DNA of 64,000 nt from a virus (Duplodnaviria > Caudoviricetes), in the IMG/VR virus record IMGVR_UViG_3300005611_000001. One strand, 5' to 3'. The notes under the pieces were generated by a model. That model was not told where the DNA came from. It saw nothing but the letters and a program-made list of their open reading frames with translations, and searched no databases. Within the stretch, counting starts at the first letter, position 1. Every line of letters starts with the position of its first letter. Positions 33,788 through 43,397 of the stretch are shown piece after piece. Both the position numbers and the translations under genes were made by a program.

Positions 33788-34489
33788 ATGTCTCCTATGA
33801 TTTTAAAATTCTCCTCTTGGATTCGTCATCTTGACGAAGGTGTCAATGATCCTGCAATCTTTAAAGCAGTGTTTCTTGCAGGTGGTCCTGGCTCTGGTAA
33901 ATCGTTTATCGTTGGTAAGACTGGTCTGCCTGCAATGGGCTACAAAGTCGTAAACTCTGACGATGCTTTCGAAGCAGCGATGAAAAAAGCTGGTATGACA
34001 ATGGATCCCGAGAATATCTTTTCTACTCAAGGGCAAGAGCTTCGCGGTAAAGCTAAGACTTTGACAGCAAAGAAGCAAGCGACATATATCACTGGTCGGC
34101 TTGGTATTGTCGTCGATGGCACTGGTAAAGATCCCGACAAGATTGCAAAGCAAGCAATCAACATGCGCGCGCTCGGTTATGATGTGGCTATGATCTTCGT
34201 CAATACCGATCTGGAGACGGCTCTGGAGCGCAATAGAATGCGCGAACGCTCTCTACCCGATGCAGAAGTCGAAAAATACTGGAAAGCTGTTCAGCGCAAT
34301 ACTGGGCGTTTCCAGCAGATGTTTGGCAAGAATAACTTCCTTGTAGTTGATAACTCTCAAGGCAAAGACTATCAGAAAGAAACTCTTCGTGCTTATCGCG
34401 ATGTTCAGAAATTCACTAACAAGCCGCCCGAGAATGAAAAGGCGAAGAAGTGGATTGATCAAGAAAGGCAGAAAGCAAGAAGAGATTGA
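33788..34489 (+). CDS. P-loop kinase (Zeta toxin/AAA_33/Pnk-like)
   Basis: GGPGSGKS, VVDGTG, ERNRMRER. Confidence 0.8.
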   Translation: MSPMILKFSSWIRHLDEGVNDPAIFKAVFLAGGPGSGKSFIVGKTGLPAMGYKVVNSDDAFEAAMKKAGMTMDPENIFSTQGQELRGKAKTLTAKKQATYITGRLGIVVDGTGKDPDKIAKQAINMRALGYDVAMIFVNTDLETALERNRMRERSLPDAEVEKYWKAVQRNTGRFQQMFGKNNFLVVDNSQGKDYQKETLRAYRDVQKFTNKPPENEKAKKWIDQERQKARRD

Positions 34490-34552
34490 CAAATCTCAAA
34501 ATTCATGATAAAATAAAACTCCCCGCGTCAGGGAACAGAGTATATAATATAG

Positions 34553-34999
34553 GTGATCATTATGGCAGTATCTGCAAGGAAACTAGAAGTATTCGAAATC
34601 TTGGAAAAAGTAGAGAATGCTAAAACAAAAAAAGACAAGATTGCAGTTCTACAAAAAAACGAAATCATGCCTCTTCTAGATGTTTTGAGAGGGACATTCG
34701 ACGAAACCATCCAGTGGAATCTACCTGGTGGCACACCTCCCTACACACCTAATAACGAAGAATCTTATCCTTCGTCTCTTTTAAGACAGCACCGCAACTT
34801 TAAATATTTCGTAAAAGGTCTGCGCGAAAGCAGCAGGCTTAACCCTATTCGTCGCGAGCGTATGTTCATCGACATACTTGAGGCGATACACCCCAAAGAT
34901 GCTGAACTATTAGTATCTATGATCAATAAAAAAAGCCCCATGAAAGGATTGACCAAGAGTCTAGTTAAGGAGGCATTTCCGCAGTTGATCCGAGACTAA
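34553..34999 (+). CDS. Hypothetical protein of a type recalled from T4-like phages
   Basis: WNLPGGTPPY, FIDILEAIHPKDAELL; promoter TTGACA 34486 / TAAAAT 34509. Confidence 0.75.
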   Translation: MIIMAVSARKLEVFEILEKVENAKTKKDKIAVLQKNEIMPLLDVLRGTFDETIQWNLPGGTPPYTPNNEESYPSSLLRQHRNFKYFVKGLRESSRLNPIRRERMFIDILEAIHPKDAELLVSMINKKSPMKGLTKSLVKEAFPQLIRD

Positions 35000-35043
35000 T
35001 TATGATCCAAGTAAAACAAACAGATGTATAGTAAGGAGCGCCT

Positions 35044-35214
35044 ATGGTCGAATCCAATCAAATTGAGCGATTGAAGAAAGATTCTAGAGAACTTGGACAT
35101 TATATTCATAAACTGAACAAACGAGGTAAAACTGAGATAGCACACAAGATTGCTAAACGACAATCATTTTTAGACGCAGCAATATCTCAGGTAGAATCTC
35201 GCGCAAGGGGGTGA
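35044..35214 (+). CDS. Small hypothetical protein
   Basis: AAGGAG SD, 56 aa. Confidence 0.7.
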   Translation: MVESNQIERLKKDSRELGHYIHKLNKRGKTEIAHKIAKRQSFLDAAISQVESRARG

Positions 35215-35227
35215 TCCACATCTAATG

Positions 35228-35258
35228 GTGAGCCTCGGTTTCGGGGCTCACTTTTTTT
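35228..35258 (+). terminator. Rho-independent terminator
   Basis: GTGAGCCTC/GGGGCTCAC stem plus T7. Confidence 0.85.
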
Positions 35259-35277
35259 GGATTTACAGGAAACTAAA

Positions 35278-35514
35278 ATGCCATTATATACAATGAGAAA
35301 CAAGACAACAGGAGAAGTAGAAGACAAGATGCTAAAGATTGCTGAAATGCAAGCACTTGTAGAATCAGGTGAATGGGAGCAAATCATTGGTGGCGCTGCT
35401 CTCGTTACACACACAGGCAATATTGTTAATAAAACACCCGACAGTTGGAAAAGTCATTTGAAAAGCATAAAGAAATCAGCAGGTAGACAAGTCGCAAATA
35501 CCATTAAGCTATGA
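35278..35514 (+). CDS. Hypothetical protein
   Basis: MPLYTMRNKTTGE start. Confidence 0.75.
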   Translation: MPLYTMRNKTTGEVEDKMLKIAEMQALVESGEWEQIIGGAALVTHTGNIVNKTPDSWKSHLKSIKKSAGRQVANTIKL

Positions 35515-36215
35515 CGATGACTAGAAAACAACAGAATGGCGAGTCGATGAACATTCGCATCGACGATCTAGTTACTATCGATCCTATCACCGAACATCAG
35601 AAAGAAGTATTTGATGCGTGGCGTGATGGTGATCACATGGCTCTTGTGGGTACAGCAGGTACAGGTAAGACTTTTCTTGGCATGTATCTTGCGCTTGAAG
35701 AAGTCATGGACAAAAGCACACCATACGAATCACTTCGAATCATTCGCTCAGTCGTACCTACACGAGACGTAGGTTATTTGCCTGGTACGATTGAAGAAAA
35801 ACTCAATGCATACACAAGCCCTTATCGTGCAATTGCTGCTGAACTATTTGAAGACGACCGAGCATATGACAAACTTATACATAATAAATATGTGACATTT
35901 GAGTCGACCTCGTACATTCGTGGCTTGACATTTGATCACAGTATCATCCTTGTTGATGAAATGCAGAATCTAAACTTCCATGAGCTTGACTCTATCATCA
36001 CACGAGTAGGTCAGGGTTCGAAGATTATCTTCTGCGGTGATTATCATCAGTCTGACTTCAAGACTGAGAACGATAAGAAAGGCATTAATCAATTTCTAGA
36101 TATTCTAGAGCAACTTAGGAACTTCTCAATTATTCATTTTACATGGGAAGACATTGTACGAAGTGGTCTTGTAAGAGACTACATCATGACAAAGGAATGG
36201 ATGGGTTTACAATGA
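35511..36215 (+). CDS. phoH: PhoH-like ATPase
   Basis: GTAGTGKT, RSVVPTRDVGYLPG, RGLTF, DEMQN, GD..Q.D. Confidence 0.93.
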   Translation: MTMTRKQQNGESMNIRIDDLVTIDPITEHQKEVFDAWRDGDHMALVGTAGTGKTFLGMYLALEEVMDKSTPYESLRIIRSVVPTRDVGYLPGTIEEKLNAYTSPYRAIAAELFEDDRAYDKLIHNKYVTFESTSYIRGLTFDHSIILVDEMQNLNFHELDSIITRVGQGSKIIFCGDYHQSDFKTENDKKGINQFLDILEQLRNFSIIHFTWEDIVRSGLVRDYIMTKEWMGLQ

Positions 36216-36658
36216 ACAGAGACGCAGTTTACGAGCAACTTAAAATCGACGAAGGTGTAGTGTATGAAATCTACAATGATCACCTCGGCTACCCAACATT
36301 TGGAGTCGGTCATCTTATCACAGAAAGTGACGAGGAATTCGGACAACCAGTTGGAACTCCAGTTAGTGAAGAAAGAGTCCGGGCGTGTTTTGACCGAGAC
36401 CTTGAAACTGCCATCGGAGAGTGTCACACTCTATACGGAGAAGGGGCTTTTGGAGAATTCCCTGACGAAGTACAGCAGGTCTTGGTTAACATGATGTTTA
36501 ACATGGGTCGCCCGCGCCTGAGCAAGTTCAAGAAGTTCAATGCTGCACTTGAAGCACACGATTGGGCAACTGCAGCAGTTGAAGGGCGCGACAGTTTGTG
36601 GTATAATCAAGTCACGAATCGAGCAGAACGCTTGATGGAGCGACTGGAGGCAGTATGA
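36212..36658 (+). CDS. Phage lysozyme (T4-lysozyme/GH24-like)
   Basis: IDEG...GYPTFGVGH, NMMFNMG, SLWYNQV.NRA. Confidence 0.9.
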   Translation: MNRDAVYEQLKIDEGVVYEIYNDHLGYPTFGVGHLITESDEEFGQPVGTPVSEERVRACFDRDLETAIGECHTLYGEGAFGEFPDEVQQVLVNMMFNMGRPRLSKFKKFNAALEAHDWATAAVEGRDSLWYNQVTNRAERLMERLEAV

Positions 36659-36756
36659 AACTGAAGCATCCGATCTACAACTGTCAGTTCTGGTCTTATA
36701 AGACCAATTTTTTTCTACCCTACGATGAATGGCTCAAGGAAACCTGGTAATTAATC

Positions 36757-36903
36757 ATGGCAAAAACAGTTAAGACGGGGCAACCTATTCGCCCCGAGCC
36801 TACTATCAAATCGACCTCAATTGGTCGAGGAATGATCAAAACTTCTTCGATGAATAAGAGTAAGCGTCGCAACTACAAAGCATACAGAGGGCAAGGTCGT
36901 TAG
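36757..36903 (+). CDS. Small basic peptide ending YRGQGR
   Basis: 48 aa Lys/Arg-rich ORF. Confidence 0.65.
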   Translation: MAKTVKTGQPIRPEPTIKSTSIGRGMIKTSSMNKSKRRNYKAYRGQGR

Positions 36904-36905
36904 TT

Positions 36906-37076
36906 ATGGCAAAGTACAGTCGGTTTGATTCCCGAAACAAGAAGCGCAATAAGCATAAGAATCAATATCTTGACAGAGGCAGATCCAATGCCGATGTCAA
37001 GCGCCCAAAATATCTTGACGAAGATGAAACACTCTACGAGAAGTATAGGCTAGAAAAGCTATCAAATCTATATTGA
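36906..37076 (+). CDS. Small basic protein
   Basis: MAKYSRFDSRNKK. Confidence 0.65.
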   Translation: MAKYSRFDSRNKKRNKHKNQYLDRGRSNADVKRPKYLDEDETLYEKYRLEKLSNLY

Positions 37077-37077
37077 C

Positions 37078-37941
37078 ATGAAACTTGAACTATATCATGA
37101 TCCTTTGAAAGGTCACCCTTATCTTTTTACTTATGGAAATGAAGTAGATTGGAAAGGAACCGAAGGCGTAGGCGACATTCTTTTTGGAATGAATGCTGTA
37201 CACATGATGACGCATTTGATTCGAAAGCGAAGATCGCTTAAGCAAATGCAGATGAATGTTTTCTGGCAGCATGATGATAAATTTCTTTTTCACTTCGAAG
37301 ACCCAGAAACAATAGCTGAGCGTGGCGATTATCTACATTCTTTCTATCACGATTCAGATGCTGTGCATATAAATCATATTTTTAATTCTACTGATTATGA
37401 AATAGCAAGGCTTCGTCACAGAGGATTTCAAAGACAAGTGGGTAACATGCAAGTGCTTGACGGAATACCAACGTGGGCGTTTCGTCGTGATGCATGGTGT
37501 CTCAATCCTAACCCAAAGAAAGTTGTGTTCTGGAGACCACTTTTCAATAAAGCACCGCCGTGGGGTTGGAAAAGATCGTTTGATGACAATGATTGGGAAA
37601 AAATATTAGATATTCTAGACAGCAAAGGCTTTACTCTGACAGAAATCACTTATCGAACTCCTGTCAGAGAAGCCTTTTATCATATTAACACCAGTAGATT
37701 TTGCATTTTTTATGATGGCATGTGGCAATACATTGCGAAGAATTTGTGCAAGCCTGTAATTTCTTTAGGCGATAGCACAATCGCAAAAGTACACAGCCCA
37801 CAGTGTTTACACTTTAAAAAAGCTGATGACAAACGAGATAATCTCTTTGATTTCTTGATAGATATGCCAAACAGTCTGAAAAGACTTGACCACGTGGCGA
37901 ATAAATATCGTAAATTCATTCTAAGTGAGTTGCAGTTATGA
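37078..37941 (+). CDS. Glycosyltransferase-like protein (GT-B/GT9-like)
   Basis: G.GD near N-terminus, YDGMWQYIAK..CKP near C-terminus; island context. Confidence 0.5.
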   Translation: MKLELYHDPLKGHPYLFTYGNEVDWKGTEGVGDILFGMNAVHMMTHLIRKRRSLKQMQMNVFWQHDDKFLFHFEDPETIAERGDYLHSFYHDSDAVHINHIFNSTDYEIARLRHRGFQRQVGNMQVLDGIPTWAFRRDAWCLNPNPKKVVFWRPLFNKAPPWGWKRSFDDNDWEKILDILDSKGFTLTEITYRTPVREAFYHINTSRFCIFYDGMWQYIAKNLCKPVISLGDSTIAKVHSPQCLHFKKADDKRDNLFDFLIDMPNSLKRLDHVANKYRKFILSELQL

Positions 37942-38906
37942 AAATTGATAGAGCAGTAATTGAAATTCAAGGCGGTTGTAATTATTCTTGTAGCATGTGC
38001 CCTCAAGATATGAGAACTGGTGGTCGAGAAAAATCTTTCATTACCAAAATGTCGCTGATGGAATTTGAAGACAATGTGCGTGACTGCGCAAAGCACGGGC
38101 TGCGTGTTGTAAATCTAGAAGGCTCGGGCGAACCTACACTGAATCGCCAATTGTTCGAATATATTAAGATTGTCAAGAAGTACAATGCCAAAGCATTTGC
38201 ATTCTCTAATGGGTTGCGTATGCACGGCGACTATATGAAACAGTGCGTTGATGCAGGGTTAGACTTCTTTCGTTTTTCCTTTATTGGTTCAACGCCCGAC
38301 GAATATAATCAATGGATGTATAACACAAAAGGTGGGAACTTCGAAACCATTTTTAATAACATTACCGAAATGCAAAAGTATGTAGAAGAGTCTGGCAGCG
38401 ATTGTGTAGTTGCAACTTATCATTTGATTACAGAAGAAGATGTGAATGCACAAGAACTGCAACTAAATAGGTACAAAGAATTAGTGGCTGCTCTTGGTGT
38501 GAAGACAGAAATTTGGAAACTTCACAACTGGAGTGGTGTATACAAACCTACTTACGAAAGAGAGGGTAAAGTAAAAACTTGTGGACGCCCATTTAGCCCT
38601 GATGTTGTTATTCGTGCTGGTGGTATTGACGGCAAACGGGGTGCTGTTGCTCCTTGCTGTCAAGTTCTCGGCCGAGACTCAGAAGCAGTCCTTGGTCACA
38701 CGAGCGAGTTATCCATTCAGGAAATTGTCGAAGGTCCAGAGTACGAAGCGCTAAGAGAAGGGCATCGTACAGGCAACTATCCTGACTATTGTAAATCGTG
38801 CGACTTTTTGATTGACGATCCTGAAGTGCTTGTGTATACGAATCATGAGCGCGATCTTTATAAAATGCATGGTACAGAATTCGATCTGAACGATTACCGT
38901 GTCTAA
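37938..38906 (+). CDS. Radical SAM/SPASM protein
   Basis: CNYSCSMC, GSGEP, C-terminal Cys cluster. Confidence 0.9.
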   Translation: MKIDRAVIEIQGGCNYSCSMCPQDMRTGGREKSFITKMSLMEFEDNVRDCAKHGLRVVNLEGSGEPTLNRQLFEYIKIVKKYNAKAFAFSNGLRMHGDYMKQCVDAGLDFFRFSFIGSTPDEYNQWMYNTKGGNFETIFNNITEMQKYVEESGSDCVVATYHLITEEDVNAQELQLNRYKELVAALGVKTEIWKLHNWSGVYKPTYEREGKVKTCGRPFSPDVVIRAGGIDGKRGAVAPCCQVLGRDSEAVLGHTSELSIQEIVEGPEYEALREGHRTGNYPDYCKSCDFLIDDPEVLVYTNHERDLYKMHGTEFDLNDYRV

Positions 38907-39531
38907 AGATATCGAACTACCAGAAGTTTGGATGATTGCTATTACTGGCAATCCGATTTCCGAATATTATAAAGTTCGAATGGCTCCTTACTGGGAGCGC
39001 GAAGGCTTCAAAGTAAATACATTTGAAGCTGTAGTTCCTGAAACTTTACACTTACAAAAAGATTTAGTTTTTGGAAGTAAGTTTTCTTTTAAGACTGAGA
39101 AGTATAGAAGGTTTACAAGAACTGAGCTTGCGATTTGGTACAGTCATTATAACACATGGAAAATGTGTTGGGAATTGCAGAAACCAATTATTGTGACGGA
39201 GCATGATGTAAGACCCTGTACAGAATATCATTACAAAAAATTCCCTCATGAAGCAGTATATAAACACGATATCTGCTGCCTTGCTCATGATCATAGGGGA
39301 TTTAAAAAAGGTGGAGAAAGAATATGGGCTAAATTAGCAGGTGGTGCATATTACATAACCCCAAATGGAGCTAGAGAGCTTTTAAAAGCTAGAAACATTC
39401 GCCCAAAAATACAGTACAACTCAGATGCATGGATACATAGAACATGTGACAAATTTGGTCATTGGGCACCAGAAATCTGCACACAGTTTAAAAACCCTAA
39501 AGTTGGTTATACGATTGAGCATAAATCATGA
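38899..39531 (+). CDS. GT25-like glycosyltransferase
   Basis: SHY..W, VTEHD, GAYYITP..A. Confidence 0.65.
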   Translation: MSKDIELPEVWMIAITGNPISEYYKVRMAPYWEREGFKVNTFEAVVPETLHLQKDLVFGSKFSFKTEKYRRFTRTELAIWYSHYNTWKMCWELQKPIIVTEHDVRPCTEYHYKKFPHEAVYKHDICCLAHDHRGFKKGGERIWAKLAGGAYYITPNGARELLKARNIRPKIQYNSDAWIHRTCDKFGHWAPEICTQFKNPKVGYTIEHKS

Positions 39532-40319
39532 AAAGACTAATCTATCAAGTATGTTTAGGTAATGCAAAAAATTCAAAGCTTTATAAAAAGTGTATTGAAA
39601 GTGTTGCACATTACAGTAAAAAGCACGGTTTCGATCATTATGTGCAACAAACTCCTATTTTAAAAATAAGGCCAGATATTTTTACGATGAATCGCAGTAA
39701 AGAATCGTTCGAAAAACATGGCGGTTATTTACCCATCTACGAAAAAGAAAACGCCTTTGATCGTCTTGACGAGTATGATCAAATTGCTATCATTGACGCT
39801 GACATCTATATTCGACCAGATGCTCCTAATATTTTCGAAGACTTTGGTACACACAAAGCGTTTGGCGCAGTTGTTGAGCGCGAAATGCCAATCACGCAAG
39901 AATATAAAAGAAAGATCATTCAATACTCTGCGATGCAATATACACCTTTATACAAAAAAGTAGATTTCAAAAATAATTCGTTGGGCTTCGAATTTTTTAA
40001 CATGGGCATGATTTTGATCAATAGCAAATTGTTCAAGCCATATCTAAATAATCAAACAGCAAAGCAGTTTATCGAACGGGCAGAATTTAAAGATTTTGTT
40101 GATGGTATAGGTGCATGGAAGTGGAGCACCGATCAAACACTATTGAACTATTTCATTAAGAAGTATAATGTACCAGTTAAGAAAATGCATTGGAAATGGA
40201 ACGGTTTATACACAGCAAATTATCAAATTGAAGAATGTCATTTTGTTCATTTCTTTTTGAAAGATAAACTTCCAAATCGTGGTGAAAATGTCGAAGAACT
40301 TATGAAGGAAATCGAATGA
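39528..40319 (+). CDS. GT8-like glycosyltransferase
   Basis: IIDAD, FNMG, DQTLLN, HFF. Confidence 0.75.
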   Translation: MKRLIYQVCLGNAKNSKLYKKCIESVAHYSKKHGFDHYVQQTPILKIRPDIFTMNRSKESFEKHGGYLPIYEKENAFDRLDEYDQIAIIDADIYIRPDAPNIFEDFGTHKAFGAVVEREMPITQEYKRKIIQYSAMQYTPLYKKVDFKNNSLGFEFFNMGMILINSKLFKPYLNNQTAKQFIERAEFKDFVDGIGAWKWSTDQTLLNYFIKKYNVPVKKMHWKWNGLYTANYQIEECHFVHFFLKDKLPNRGENVEELMKEIE

Positions 40320-41422
40320 CAAGTTACGAAGAGAAGACACAGAAGTACAGCACTTGGGGTGACAAATATCTTCAGCATACTGATGTGTTGTATTCTATTC
40401 AGTACGAAGATACTTTTAAGCCTATTAATGTGCAGTTGTGTCTTTGCGAAGTCTGTGACAGTGACTGCCCATTCTGTTCTGTGGCTGCACGACCACTAAA
40501 GAGCTACATTGAGTGGGGTAAATTAGTCAAGCTTCTAGAAGATTTTCGTTCGCTCGGAGCAAAAGCATTAGAGATTACTGGTGGTGGTAATCCAATGCTC
40601 TATCGTGACAAAGCAGCAAAAAAAGATATCAATGATGTTGTGAGACTTGCTGCACATTTAGGGTTCGATGTAGGTATTATCACAAATACGGAAAAGCTTG
40701 AGCGTCATTTAAAACCAGAAGTCTACGATTCTATCAATTGGATTCGCGTCAGTCTAATCAAGCTTGACGAAGGAAAAGCGCCTGAAGACTATGACTTTGG
40801 TTCTTTCCCGAAAGACAAGATTGGTCTTAGCTATATTATTTACGATAGCACAAATGGTGTGCCCGACGAACTGTCAAGAACAAACAAACCATATGTCGGT
40901 ACAACCGTCGAGTCGATTCAAAGAATTGCTAAACTTATCGAACTGAATCCAGAAATCAAATTCTGTCGCATTGGTGGTAACGCGCTAGTCGAAGGATATC
41001 AAAGAGAAATTCAAAATAGATTTAGAAGTGTTGTCGAAGAAATTGATGTACAGTCTAAATTCTTTATTAAAGATGTTTGGGACAACTGCAAGCCGTTCGA
41101 CGATGGCTGCTATGTAGGCTTGACTCGCCCATATATTGCGCCGCATCCCGAAGGTGGTGATTATCAAGTGTATGTCTGTACGAGTCACGTTCTGGAAAAG
41201 CGCACATATGATCTAGAGTTTTCTCTAGGCAGCATCGATGATGTTATTGACATTTGGAAAAACTGCAACATCGAATATGCTAAAACTGGCATTCCGTATC
41301 GTATTCGAAACAGCGACGATGGCTGGACTAAAGCATGCCCTAATTGTTTCTATTATAACAACAACCGTTTGCTTCATACAGTTGCGCAACGCATGGACAT
41401 AAATGATAGGAACTTTGCTTAA
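40316..41422 (+). CDS. Radical SAM/SPASM protein
   Basis: CDSDCPFC, TGGGNP, C-terminal CPNC. Confidence 0.88.
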   Translation: MTSYEEKTQKYSTWGDKYLQHTDVLYSIQYEDTFKPINVQLCLCEVCDSDCPFCSVAARPLKSYIEWGKLVKLLEDFRSLGAKALEITGGGNPMLYRDKAAKKDINDVVRLAAHLGFDVGIITNTEKLERHLKPEVYDSINWIRVSLIKLDEGKAPEDYDFGSFPKDKIGLSYIIYDSTNGVPDELSRTNKPYVGTTVESIQRIAKLIELNPEIKFCRIGGNALVEGYQREIQNRFRSVVEEIDVQSKFFIKDVWDNCKPFDDGCYVGLTRPYIAPHPEGGDYQVYVCTSHVLEKRTYDLEFSLGSIDDVIDIWKNCNIEYAKTGIPYRIRNSDDGWTKACPNCFYYNNNRLLHTVAQRMDINDRNFA

Positions 41423-42003
41423 TGTATAATGAAGATTATTACAAAACAAATAACTATAAAGATTATTTGATTCGTGGTGAAGGTCCTCATTATAAAATTA
41501 TGGCAGAAGAAATAACAAGTCTGCTCAAAAAACTTTGTCGCCCTCACGACACAATACTAGATTTCGGGTGTGCGGTTGGATTTTTTATGCAAGCAGTCGC
41601 TCCGTATGCAAAGACAGTTGACGGAGTTGACTTGTCCAAATGGGCAAGGGGTGAATGTAAAAAGAAAGGATTCTCAGTGACAGAAGAAGTCATGTGGGAA
41701 AGAGAATATGATGTAGTATACGGGCTAGATGTATTAGAGCATTTACCTGAAGATGAGCTTGTGAATTTTTTCGAAAACATAAAAGCAAAAACCGTCGTTT
41801 ATAAAATTCCAGTTTGTAATGAAACTGAAGGCAAATATGTGTTAGAATGTGCAGAAGTAGATCCAACACACCTCATTCGTTGGACTAAAACTGACTGGAG
41901 AAAATTCTTCGAATATTATGGCTATTATTGTTTAGATGTAAATCTTGACAAAATATACTCAAGTGAAGGTGGTTTTTGTGGTATTGCGATCAAACAAACT
42001 TAA
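41422..42003 (+). CDS. Class I SAM methyltransferase
   Basis: ILDFGCAVG, DVLEHL. Confidence 0.85.
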   Translation: MYNEDYYKTNNYKDYLIRGEGPHYKIMAEEITSLLKKLCRPHDTILDFGCAVGFFMQAVAPYAKTVDGVDLSKWARGECKKKGFSVTEEVMWEREYDVVYGLDVLEHLPEDELVNFFENIKAKTVVYKIPVCNETEGKYVLECAEVDPTHLIRWTKTDWRKFFEYYGYYCLDVNLDKIYSSEGGFCGIAIKQT

Positions 42004-42823
42004 AATTCATCCCACTGCAAAAATTGCAGATGATGTAGTCATTGAGTGTGATGTCTTTGAACTAGGCGCTCATAGCTACATTGGTCCTGGTTGTAAAATT
42101 ACATGTAAAGAATTTCGTGCAGGCGACTATCTGTGGATGCCTGCAAACGTTGACGTTGGGCGTGGTGGCTGTACTGGTCCAAACTCAATCGTCCAAATCG
42201 GTAATAGCGTAGGCATCTTCGAAGGCTGTGTAATCAATCCTAGCGAAAGCGTCACTATTGGCTCAAACGTAGGTATTGGTGCAGAGTGTTTAATCTGGAC
42301 TCATGGCGCGTGGCTAGATCCTCTACAAGGATTTCCCTTTGCATTCGATGATGTGTCTATAGGTGATAATGTGTGGTTGCCTGCCAGATCAATTATGCTC
42401 CCGGGTACAAGTATTGGCAGTAATTGTGTAATTGGAACAGGTTCTATTATTACGAAAGACATACCTGATGGCTCTCTTGCAATGGGTTCGCCGTGCAAAG
42501 TCATCAAAGAAAATGCTTATCCTATCGAAAGAACACAAGAAGAAAAAGATCAGATTCTACAAAAAATTGTTGACAAGTGGAATTATGATCTGCTGTCTCA
42601 TAAAGGTTACGAACCAGTGCCTGCGTTTGTTGAAGACGGAAAAATATTTGTCGAAGCAGCTATACTAAATACGAACACATACACGGTCGAGGGCGAAGAT
42701 TCGCTTTTAAGTGAAGACCTTAGGGATTATTTACGCCGTCATGGCATTCGCATATATAATGGCAAATCATTTAAATCATTAAAGGCGACATATGAAACTA
42801 GTTTTATCACCACATCCAGATGA
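41945..42823 (+). CDS. Hexapeptide-repeat acyltransferase (true start probably slightly downstream)
   Basis: IGSNVGIG, IGDNVWL, IGSNCVIGTGS, GSPCK. Confidence 0.85.
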   Translation: MTKYTQVKVVFVVLRSNKLKIHPTAKIADDVVIECDVFELGAHSYIGPGCKITCKEFRAGDYLWMPANVDVGRGGCTGPNSIVQIGNSVGIFEGCVINPSESVTIGSNVGIGAECLIWTHGAWLDPLQGFPFAFDDVSIGDNVWLPARSIMLPGTSIGSNCVIGTGSIITKDIPDGSLAMGSPCKVIKENAYPIERTQEEKDQILQKIVDKWNYDLLSHKGYEPVPAFVEDGKIFVEAAILNTNTYTVEGEDSLLSEDLRDYLRRHGIRIYNGKSFKSLKATYETSFITTSR

Positions 42824-43397
42824 TGCTGAGTACAGTGTAGCAGCCACCATTCTTAAGAATCCACAGACAGAATATGTCGTTTATGTCTGTTCTATTGGTG
42901 GTGATAATGACGACACAACTTCCGTCAATCGCATGGAAGAATCTCATGCGTTTTGGAATCACTTTCCTAATGTTCGATTTGTGGGGCATGTCGGTCAAAC
43001 AATTGCTAATTTTAAAGATTGGGAAATCGTGCAGCAAATCGACGAACTTCTAAAATTATATCCTGAGGTTGATACTGTCTACGTCCCTCCTCTTGAAGAC
43101 AATCATTTCGAACATCGAAAAGTTAGCGAGAGCGCTAGAGCATCTTTGCGTGGTAAAAATATTTCTTTGATTGAGTATCATACACCTTCGACTCGCTCAA
43201 CATGGAACGCAAATCATTTTGTTGACGTTACAGACTTTTATGAAAAGAAAGTCGAGTACCTCCAAGAATTTAAATCTCAACTACATAGAAATTATTTCAA
43301 TGAATATAATCTTAGCATTTTTCATGAAGACTATTTTTGTAGACTTCGTGGTATGCAAAAGGTTGAAAAATTCAAAATAGAGTTTAAGTTTGAATGA
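42792..43397 (+). CDS. PIG-L/LmbE-like deacetylase
   Basis: SPHPDDAE, HFEHR, HKSQ-like FKSQ. Confidence 0.8.
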   Translation: MKLVLSPHPDDAEYSVAATILKNPQTEYVVYVCSIGGDNDDTTSVNRMEESHAFWNHFPNVRFVGHVGQTIANFKDWEIVQQIDELLKLYPEVDTVYVPPLEDNHFEHRKVSESARASLRGKNISLIEYHTPSTRSTWNANHFVDVTDFYEKKVEYLQEFKSQLHRNYFNEYNLSIFHEDYFCRLRGMQKVEKFKIEFKFE

